A stretch of DNA of 63,789 nt, filler included, from Octopus bimaculoides (taxonomy: Eukaryota), in assembly GCF_001194135.2 (NCBI RefSeq). It is 6 parts of 6 records of this genome, joined end to end, with 100 filler letters (N's around TTAATTAATTAA, not from the genome) between each part and the next. Parts side by side here need not be neighbours in the genome. Positions count along the whole stretch, not along the records: positions 44,458 to 61,322 come from NC_069004.1; positions 61,423 to 63,789 come from NC_069001.1; 4 more parts are not named here. The stretch is one strand, 5' to 3'. The stretch's first letter is position 1; each line of letters begins with the position of its first letter. The notes under the pieces were generated by a model that saw only the letters and a list, made by a program, of their open reading frames with translations, was not told the DNA's origin and did not search any database. Positions 54,153-63,789 of the stretch are shown here, piece by piece. Both the position numbers and the translations under genes were made by a program.

Positions 54153-54530
54153 TACATTCAGTGTCATGGTGAATTTCCTTGATAAACTACGTTAAGGGCA
54201 CACGTCTCTGTAGGGTGCTCAGCCACTTGCACGTTAGTTTCACGAGCAGGCTGTTCCGTTGATCGGAGCAACTGGAACCCTCGTCGTCGTGACCGACGAA
54301 ATGTCAGTTATTTCTTTATTGCCCACAAGGGGCTAAACATAGAGGGGACAAGCAAGGACAGATAAAGGGATTAAGTCGATTACATCACTCCCAGTGGGAG
54401 ATTGGTGCTTAATTTATCGACCCCGAAAGGATGAAAGGTTAAGTCGACCTCGGTGGAATTTGAACTCAGAACGTAGCGGCAAACGAATTACCACTAAGCA
54501 TTTCGCCCGGCGTGCTAACGTTTCTGCCAC
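54153..54530. mobile_element. SINE C 3' end (+) abutting a SINE A2 copy (-, 54305-54530)
   Basis: GAACCCTCGTCGTCGTGACCGACG followed by TTATTTCTTTATTGCCCACAAGGGGC. Confidence 0.85.
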
Positions 54531-54568
54531 CTCACAATGTCAGTTATAGCTGTGTATGGGTGTGCGCG

Positions 54569-54599
<31 letters not shown>

Positions 54600-55727
54600 C
54601 TGATTTAAATATTTCAGGGTATAGATTATATATAGCAATCTTGTGCTTAAAAGTAGTGATTAAAAGAGGCCATTTTGGGAATCCTAACAGGTCTGAAAGT
54701 CATTCCGAAATGATTTAAAAACAGTAGACTTGCAAGTAAATGCCATTAAATTGTTCTATTGGAATATCTTTGACAGAAAAGAAAACAGGTGGAACNNNNN
54801 NNNNNNNNNNNNNNNNNNNNNNNNNNNNNNNNNNNNNNNNNNNNNNNNNNNNNNNNNNNNNNNNNNNNNNNNNNNNNNNNNNNNNNNNNNNNNNNNNNNN
54901 NNNNNNNNNNNNNNNNNNNNNNNNNNNNNNNNNNNNNNNNNNNNNNNNNNNNNNNNNNNNNNNNNNNNNNNNNNNNNNNNNNNNNNNNNNNNNNNNNNNN
55001 NNNNNNNNNNNNNNNNNNNNNNNNNNNNNNNNNNNNNNNNNNNNNNNNNNNNNNNNNNNNNNNNNNNNNNNNNNNNNNNNNNNNNNNNNNNNNNNNNNNN
55101 NNNNNNNNNNNNNNNNNNNNNNNNNNNNNNNNNNNNNNNNNNNNNNNNNNNNNNNNNNNNNNNNNNNNNNNNNNNNNNNNNNNNNNNNNNNNNNNNNNNN
55201 NNNNNNNNNNNNNNNNNNNNNNNNNNNNNNNNNNNNNNNNNNNNNNNNNNNNNNNNNNNNNNNNNNNNNNNNNNNNNNNNNNNNNNNNNNNNNNNNNNNN
55301 NNNNNNNNNNNNNNNNNNNNNNNNNNNNNNNNNNNNNNNNNNNNNNNNNNNNNNNNNNNNNNNNNNNNNNNNNNNNNNNNNNNNNNNNNNNNNNNNNNNN
55401 NNNNNNNNNNNNNNNNNNNNNNNNNNNNNNNNNNNNNNNNNNNNNNNNNNNNNNNNNNNNNNNNNNNNNNNNNNNNNNNNNNNNNNNNNNNNNNNNNNNN
55501 NNNNNNNNNNNNNNNNNNNNNNNNNNNNNNNNNNNNNNNNNNNNNNNNNNNNNNNNNNNNNNNNNNNNNNNNNNNNNNNNNNNNNNNNNNNNNNNNNNNN
55601 NNNNNNNNNNNNNNNNNNNNNNNNNNNNNNNNNNNNNNNNNNNNNNNNNNNNNNNNNNNNNNNNNNNNNNNNNNNNNNNNNNNNNNNNNNNNNNNNNNNN
55701 NNNNNNNNNNNNNNNNNNNNNNNNNNN

Positions 55728-55793
<66 letters not shown>

Positions 55794-56769
55794 GCACACA
55801 CATACATCTATATATCTATATATATATGTATGTAAATGTATATGTATGCTTATATATATATGTATGTATATATACACACACAAATACATACATTCACGCA
55901 CACACACATATATACGTATGTAGGTATGTACACACTATGCATGCATGTATGTATGTATGTATGTATGTATGCATGTATATGGTTTGAGATTTATTTCTTT
56001 TCGCAGACTGCAAGCATGTTACAGAAAAAGCGAGGAAGCAATTCTCCACGTAGTTAAAAGAGTTTAAAACTTTGTAAATATGTGAGGGAGTTTATATGTA
56101 CATGTGTGTACGTATGAGTGTGTAAACACACGTACACACATATTCCTTCCTCTACTTGTTTCAATCATTTGACTGTGACCATGCTGGAGCACCGCGTTAG
56201 AGAATTTTTTAGCCCACCGAACCAACCCTATCGCTTATTATTCATTGAACCTGCCCAGCCGCTAGGTAACGAGTTCGCAAAAACACCGACAATAGTTGTC
56301 AAGCGGTGGGGGTGGACAAACACAGGCACAGAATGCAAACATGTATATATATATATACACACACATATATATAAATATATATGTATATGTATATATATAT
56401 ATANNNNNNNNNNNNNNNNNNNNNNNNNNNNNNNNNNNNNNNNNNNNNNNNNNNNNNNNNNNNNNNNNNNNNNNNNNNNNNNNNNNNNNNNNNNNNNNNN
56501 NNNNNNNNNNNNNNNNNNNNNNNNNNNNNNNNNNNNNNNNTGGGAGTGTGCATTTTGGGTTTTCAAATAATTTGGTTTATTTTTTCACTTGGATCTCCAT
56601 CGTCATACGTCTGAAAGGGGGTAAAATTTATTCAAATTTCGAAATTGATAAACAAAAGTTGTAGAAGGAGAATATAGTTAGAGAAAAACAAAATCTTAAA
56701 ATAATATGTTCAAAATATTTTTCGTATTAATTCAAATAATATTGAATAAACAGGTCATAGATATCTCTA

Positions 56770-57975
56770 TTCATATTTGCTGCCGGATCAACCTTTCATC
56801 GATTCATCGATAGACAATCGACTAATCAAATATGAACACTTATTCCGACCAGATTACATTTTTGCATCTCTTAAGAATGTTGTGAATAATGACTCTAACT
56901 GCCTCTTGGTCTTATAAATATGACTTGACTACTGTTTAAGACCGTCAGAATTGCAAGATGCGAAGCTATATACTTGTCAGTAGGACATAACAGGGTTTTT
57001 AATTATTTATTCTTGTTATGGTCTGTTTTTTTCTTTGTTTTTCCTTTCAAGTACCCAAGGATAATTGTCTTTAAAATGGCTCTGAAATCGTACCACATAT
57101 AATCTTCTCAACGAAATGGTCTTTTTTATATTTGTAGTAGTGGTAAGCGAGGTTTTACAATGCTACCTTGAGAGAGATTCGGGTCAACTTTTATTCTCGC
57201 ATGTCTACCCTCAAGTTCATTTGCTAATCTGACGTATTTATTTTCGTAGTCATAAACTTGTGCAAGATGGCTGCCAGAGAAGTTTCTTCAGTGTTACAAC
57301 TGGAATCTCATATGCCGTTCAGTAGATTTAAGGATTCGGTTGCTCTCGCATAGAAAATAAAATCTGTCTATATCCCTAATGATGCTTAAATTTTCAGGAA
57401 CACTGAGCAGTTGTCGAATTCTTACATCGATCTCACTAAGTTCTTGCAGAAACTAATCTAGAACACCAAATGTAGTTGTGAGGGTAGATACAGCTCGTGT
57501 ATTGTGTGTGATATGATTGTTGTAGTTTGACAACTGGGATTACCATATTTCATTATTCTTGTTCTCTCCTTTCTAGTGTCATGCTTCACACTCTCATCTT
57601 GGCCATCTCAGATGTGAAGACTATCTCATCAAACCATCCATGTTTAAATTATTTTCCTTCTTTGATAGAACACAGCAAAATACATCTATTTGGAATCAAA
57701 AAATTTCAATCCAAAGCCTGTAGAATATTGTAGAATAAAGAGTTTAACTGCTTTTTGATGTGGTTTACACAAAGGCCCATACAACTTCGAATCCTCTTCA
57801 AAGAAAATTGAGATTACAGTTCTAGGTTCCGATTAACCATTTCTATAAAATCTACCCTTTGTGAATATGTGTGATAACGAATGTATCGAGAGGATGAAGA
57901 GCAGTTTTGACAAGACAACATCTTTTAGGTTGTCACTGGACAATATACGATGTCAGATTTGATGATTCCCTAATA
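56770..57975 (-). pseudogene. Heavily decayed R4/Dong-type reverse transcriptase fragment
   Basis: Minus frames: LLFILSIHSLS...ISIFFEEDSKLY (decayed FxDDLKLY), KIW*SQLSNYNNHITHNTRAVSTLTTTFGVLD*FLQELSEIDVRIRQLL...DIDRFY, collinear with the R4/Dong thumb (N..AV..L...FG..W...EL..+D...R.+L....D+DR+Y); many stops and frameshifts. Confidence 0.7.
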
Positions 57976-58354
57976 AAATTGTGTAAAATGTATTGGTTAG
58001 ATGATATATAACAGTTGCCGAGATTATTCAAATTTGTTTATATGTATAACTATTACGTAAACGTGTATGCAAAACTGCATGTAAGTACATATGTGAGCAT
58101 TTCTGTGTAAAAATGCAAATACAGTATATGAGCGTGTTTATGTGTGTGTGTGTGTGTGCTTATGTGTGTATGTGTAAGTATGTATGTATTTTATGGTTGT
58201 ATCTATGATGGAGAGAAAGAAAATGTTTGGTGTATTACACGTACATGACTAAGGTACATGTATATATAGAATGATATGCGCATACATATATATATATAAT
58301 CATGTATCTATATGTGTATGCAAATTGTTATACAGACATATATATATAATCATT

Positions 58355-58420
<66 letters not shown>

Positions 58421-58490
58421 ATTCGTATTAAATTAAGAGAAGAAAATGGAGAGTTCATGGTTAATATTTATTTATTAAAATCATTTCGGC

Positions 58491-58679
58491 ACTACTTAAA
58501 AACAGAGGTTTCGACGCATTGACGTAACGATGTTTTTACCGTTTACGCTCGTTAGGGTTAAGGTCAGGGCTAGTTTTAGGGTTAGGGTTAGGGTTTAGGA
58601 TTAGTTTTAGGGTTAAGTTTACGGTTAGTTATAGGGTTAGTGTTACGTAGCTGCGTCGGGACCTCTGTATTTAAGTAGT
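58491..58679. mobile_element. MITE-like element with 38-bp TIRs enclosing degenerate (TTAGGG)n
   Basis: ACTACTTAAAAACAGAGGTTTCGACGCATTGACGTAAC vs reverse complement of 58642-58679, 32/38 identical; TTAGGG variants at 58551-58641. Confidence 0.8.
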
Positions 58680-58784
58680 ACCATCACTTCTTCCTACAGC
58701 TGTTTCCATCTTATTTCCCAAAGAACCAGTGTTTTCTTGGATGTAATCATCCCTTTAAGAGTTTAATATATCCTCTAATTAACT

Positions 58785-58894
<110 letters not shown>

Positions 58895-59442
58895 CACACA
58901 TTTTCTTGAAGCATTGTTTATGTATACTACGTACAATAGATACAAAACATGCACAATGGTGAGAAAACTACCTGGCTACCATGTCTGATGGGTATTTTCT
59001 ATCCTATATTTAGTGATATTTCTGAAGAGGGCGTTAAGGAGTTTTCGTATGAATGGATTGCGAAGAATATAGTCGAAAGCTTTGCTCATGTGAATGTCAG
59101 TTAGAATGGTGTAAACCAGAGAATCGTCATCGTCATCATCATGAGCTGCAGCAGCGGCAATAACACCCGCAGAAGAGCAGCAGCAGCAGTAGTAACAGCA
59201 TCATTAACGAAAATAACAACAACTCTCCCTGGACATTAGAGCTTCGAGTCTAAAACTTATAGGGCTGGTTATCCGGTTTCCATGGCGTGTGAGTGACCGA
59301 GATCCCAATACACCCACTAAACTGGACGTCTGTCTGTCACAAGTTCACACATTTGCAGTTGAGCAGCATTTACAAAAGAACACAACGCACATCCGGTCCG
59401 GGAATAACATCATCTAAAAAAATCTTAAAAAAATGGAAAGAA

Positions 59443-59612
59443 ACTGGCACTCCGTTGATCGAATCCTATCAACGCCATAACCTTCTCGTTAATTTAACAT
59501 GCGAGTGGCTGAGCACTCCATAGACTCACGTACCCTAAAGGTTGTTCTCGGGGAGATTCAGCATGACACAGAATGTGACAAGGCTGACCCTTTGAAATAT
59601 AAGTACAGTTCA
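59443..59612 (-). mobile_element. SINE family C, 3' fragment
   Basis: GGCACTCCG...GAGTGGCTGAGCACTCCA.AGAC.CG..CC.TAA...GAGATTCAGC.TGACACAGA. Confidence 0.75.
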
Positions 59613-60274
59613 TTAATAAAAATGATAGATGTATATAATGTACAAATATAGAAGAGTCTAGATACACGAATTAGAAAAGAAAAAAAAACAAAACACCTAT
59701 GACGTACATCAGAATGTGTTATTTAAGCTATATTTGACGTGACTGTGTGTCAAATATAACATTATAGATATAACATTAGTTTAATACGAAACACTCGACA
59801 CAGCGGCGGTGACACTGAGAACTGATTGATATTAATATAATTACTTCATTAGAAAGAAAGTGGGGCTCCTAATCTCTAGTAAGACATAGTCAACAAGTAC
59901 GTGACGGATCGTAGCATTAATGACTTCTCTAGCTGTCAGTCTGTCTACCTGTCTGCTTGTCTGCCTGTCTTAAAGACAAGCCAACCACGATGTTATTGCT
60001 ATGTGTACTTACATTCATTTCTCTCCTACACTAATCACTTGATTGCTAAGACAGTAAGAACGATTTAACATCAATCTGAATAACATTCGTGATAATTTCT
60101 TCCGCACACAACCAAACCAACCAACCAGCCAGCCAGCCAACTAACTAACTACGCAACCAATTAAACATCCAAAGAACCATCCTATTCAGCGAACACACAC
60201 GCGCGTATATACAGAAGAACACTCTCTTGTGGATTCACCTTACAAATACAGGTGCAATAAAACAACATATGTGC

Positions 60275-60311
<37 letters not shown>

Positions 60312-60391
60312 CAATTTACAGAAAAACAAAAGACGAAGACAGGTGTATAAACAACAAACAGGTGTATTAGTTTGACGCTTGGTGAGGAAGT

Positions 60392-60427
60392 CTTTTACGT
60401 TTCGAGCCTACGCTCTTCAACAGAAAG
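60392..60427 (-). ncRNA. Minimal hammerhead-like motif (Penelope type), A6U core variant
   Basis: Minus strand CTTT-CTGTTGA-A-GAGC(gtag)GCTC-GAA-ACGT-A-AAAG: all three helices pair, palindromic ACGT, GUA site. Confidence 0.6.
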
Positions 60428-60859
60428 GAATAAGAGGAAATAAAAAAAAGCTTGTGGATTTTGCGGTCAATCATGGCGACTGGTTGAAAAAAGGTAGTTG
60501 GACTGGAGAACTAGGAAGAAAGGGGAGATAATAAAGTACTGGTGATACCAAAACGAAGTGCGCGTGGGTTTTGTTTATAACAGAACATTGTTTTGTTCTT
60601 TTGGGGTGAGGCTTCGGAGACAATGGAAGATGTATAAGCAGATAGATAGATAGACAGGCAGATAGAGAGNNNNNNNNNNTGTGTGTGTGTGTGTGTGTAT
60701 TTCGAAGTTCATTTCTAAAATTTCCTCTTTATTCTTCTGAACATACGTAAGTACATATGTAAGTACATGCATACATACAAACATACATACATACATACTT
60801 GCGTACATACATAGATACACACATTAGCATAAATATTTATATCCTTTTTTTTTCATCTA

Positions 60860-61265
60860 TGCACAAGGCCCGAAATGTTTCGGTGAGGGGGCCAGTCGAT
60901 TAGATCGATCCCAGTATGCAACTGGTACTTAATTTATCGTCCCAAATAGGATCAAAGGTAAAGTCAACCTCGGCGGAATTTGAAATCAGAGCATAAAGAA
61001 AGACAAAATACCGCTAAGCATTTCGCCCGGCATGCTAGCGTTTGTTATTTCTTTACTGCCCACAAGGGGCTACACACAAGGTCAGACAAACGGATTAAGT
61101 CGATTATATCGAACCCAGTGCGTAACTGGTACTTATTTAATCGACCCCGAAAGGATGAAAGGCAAAGTCGACCTCGGCGGAATTTGAACTCAGAACGTAG
61201 CGGCAGACGAAATACCGCTAAGCATTCCGTCCGGCCTGTTAATGTTTCTGCCAGCTCGCCACCTT
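60860..61265 (-). mobile_element. Tandem SINE A2 + SINE A
   Basis: Two A modules; A2 tail fused to the head-truncated neighbour at ~61044. Confidence 0.88.
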
Positions 61266-61422
61266 GTATAAATATTTATATTAGGAGTTCAATGTCCTTG
61301 TCTGTTTACACACACACACACANNNNNNNNNNNNNNNNNNNNNNNNNNNNNNNNNNNNNNNNNNNNTTAATTAATTAANNNNNNNNNNNNNNNNNNNNNN
61401 NNNNNNNNNNNNNNNNNNNNNN

Positions 61423-61457
<35 letters not shown>

Positions 61458-61723
61458 TATATATATATTTGGCAAGAGAAACAAAAGTGGCCAACCTGAA
61501 ATATAACAATCTGTTTCAACACATGATTTCACAGCAGGAATCTGGCAAAACAAATACACGTGCGTTTCTACCTTAAATTTATGTTTAAGCAGGATTTTAC
61601 AGCATTACAATATTATGCATAACTTTCTTTCCATATAATATGAAACCATCAAGTGACATAAGCTTTAACTGAACATTCCCTGCCCTAGCTATAACTTGTG
61701 GAGGTAGTCACATTCCTAGCTCC

Positions 61724-61754
<31 letters not shown>

Positions 61755-61892
61755 ATATTATTACAATTATTATTATATGAAAACTCACAGCTCATTTTGC
61801 TGGGTATGATGGAAAGCGTCAGCTGTCTGCGGCCAGCAGATTAAGGTGACATTTGTCTACTGGTCATGCTTCAAGGACCCTGCCAAGAATTC

Positions 61893-62133
61893 TGAGCTGG
61901 CAGAATCATTAGCACGCTGGATGAAACGCTAAGCGGTATTTCGCCCGCTGCTATGTCCTGAGTTCAATTTCTGCTGATGCCGACTTAGCCTTTCATCCTA
62001 TCGGAGTAAATAAATTAAGTACCAGTGAAACACTAGGTTGATGTAATCGATGTAATCGACTAGTCCCCTCCCCCCAAAATTTCAGGCCTTGTACATTTAG
62101 TAGAAAGGATTATTATTATTATTATTATTATTA
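61893..62133 (+). mobile_element. SINE family A with (ATT)n tail
   Basis: Full module. Confidence 0.88.
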
Positions 62134-62970
62134 TGGGGATGCTGGGTTTGGAGGAATCACTGGAATGGCTGGCAAGGGGGAATGGAGTGTGGTNNNNNNN
62201 NNNNNNNNNNNNNNNNNNNNNNNNNNNNNNNNNNNNNNNNNNNNNNNNNNNNNNNNNNNNNNNNNNNNNNNNNNNNNNNNNNNNNNNNNNNNNNNNNNNN
62301 NNNNNNNNNNNNNNNNNNNNNNNNNNNNNNNNNNNNNNNNNNNNNNNNNNNNNNNNNNNNNNNNNNNNNNNNNNNNNNNNNNNNNNNNNNNNNNNNNNNN
62401 NNNNNNNNNNNNNNNNNNNNNNNNNNNNNNNNNNNNNNNNNNNNNNNNNNNNNNNNNNNNNNNNNNNNNNNNNNNNNNNNNNNNNNNNNNNNNNNNNNNN
62501 NNNNNNNNNNNNNNNNNNNNNNNNNNNNNNNNNNNNNNNNNNNNNNNNNNNNNNNNNNNNNNNNNNNNNNNNNNNNNNNNNNNNNNNNNNNNNNNNNNNN
62601 NNNNNNNNNNNNNNNNNNNNNNNNNNNNNNNNNNNNNNNNNNNNNNNNNNNNNNNNNNNNNNNNNNNNNNNNNNNNNNNNNNNNNNNNNNNNNNNNNNNN
62701 NNNNNNNNNNNNNNNNNNNNNNNNNNNNNNNNNNNNNNNNNNNNNNNNNNNNNNNNNNNNNNNNNNNNNNNNNNNNNNNNNNNNNNNNNNNNNNAGTGGC
62801 TCGTTGAACTTCTCATATTATTCCCAATTTCTAAAGAGAAGTGCATCAACCGAGAGCTGTAAGTTTAAGCTAATCATTAATTATTATTTCTGCCATTTCC
62901 TTTTTCATTAAGGGCATCCCTAACTGCTGGCAATTGCATTTATGCTCTCTGATCACAAGGCATGGTCTTG

Positions 62971-63027
<57 letters not shown>

Positions 63028-63564
63028 ACTGCTGCTTCTGTCAAGATTCACTGAGATGGCTAACAGCCATGTTCAACAGGGTGACTCACTGAGCTTGGCA
63101 CATGTCATTGTTGTGATGCTAATCCAGCTGAAAGCTTGGAGGACTTACTTGAAACCAGGCAGGAGAGCAGAAACTCTGAATAAAAATCCACATGAAGTAG
63201 CAAAGGCAAGCCACCAACGATTCCGAGTGAAAACTGACACAGTATAGAGAGAGGACACTTTGGTCTTGTCAAGCAATGGCTTTAGTGTGGGTGGCATATC
63301 ATCATCATCATCACCACCACCATCACCAATACTACCATCATCATTATTTCATTGAAAGTCCACTTCTCTATGACTTCTCTGTGCTTGCATGGGTCAGACG
63401 GAATATGTGGAGACAGATTTTCTATAGCCAGACGGCCTTCCTGTAACCAACCCTTAATTGTTTCTATGCAGGGTTCACATTTCCCCCATGGAAGACAGGA
63501 AATAAACAACATCATTTGTTTAACAGTAATGCTCATTTACAATTATTCCATGATGTCACAATAA

Positions 63565-63789
63565 GTATCTTTTACTTATTTCAGTCATTAGACTGCGGCC
63601 ATGCTGGGGCACTGCCTTGAAGAATTTTTAGTCAAATGTATCAGCCCCAGTACTTACTTTTCATAAGCCTGGTATTTCTACTATCAGACCCTTTTGTTAA
63701 GTTCTGGGGGACATAAAGACACTAGCACCAGTTGTCAAGTAATTGGGGGTGGGGGAAATGAGAAGAACACACACACATATATATATATA
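63565..63789 (-). mobile_element. SINE family B, 3' half
   Basis: CTTTTACTTATTTCAGTCATTAGACTGCGGCCATGCTGGGGCAC match. Confidence 0.82.

Noticed and set aside
62942-63247. 101-aa ORF or 35-nt exon (63046-63080) after a (CT)n tract
   Set aside because: The pyrimidine tract is a microsatellite, the donor is weak and the peptide has no recognisable homology.

Overview
Repeat-saturated, AT-rich eukaryotic intronic or intergenic DNA from a gapped draft assembly (about 8.2 kb of N, about 13%). The repeat complement suggests an octopus/coleoid cephalopod, but this is inference. No host protein-coding gene, true tRNA/rRNA gene or CRISPR array can be supported, and nearly all long ORFs in the track are gap or microsatellite artefacts. 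The window holds three tRNA-derived SINE families (called A, B, C here), RTE-LINE 3' ends and an RT fragment, and two R4/Dong-type (restriction-like endonuclease) non-LTR fragments. It also holds Tc1/mariner-, piggyBac- and hAT-type MITEs or termini, unclassified dispersed repeats and abundant microsatellites. The most interesting observations are: (1) several Penelope-type hammerhead-ribozyme-like motifs beside (TA)n tracts, one fully foldable at 22428-22501 and a family sharing a variant core; (2) an uninterrupted RLE-endonuclease retrotransposon end bracketed by (TATG)n; (3) a train of about 10 head-to-tail SINEs joined through (ATT)n tails; (4) a MITE whose interior is degenerate telomeric TTAGGG; (5) a direct-repeat-bounded 368-bp element in (TA)n. 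All structures were derived by eye and not computed, and most repeat boundaries are approximate.
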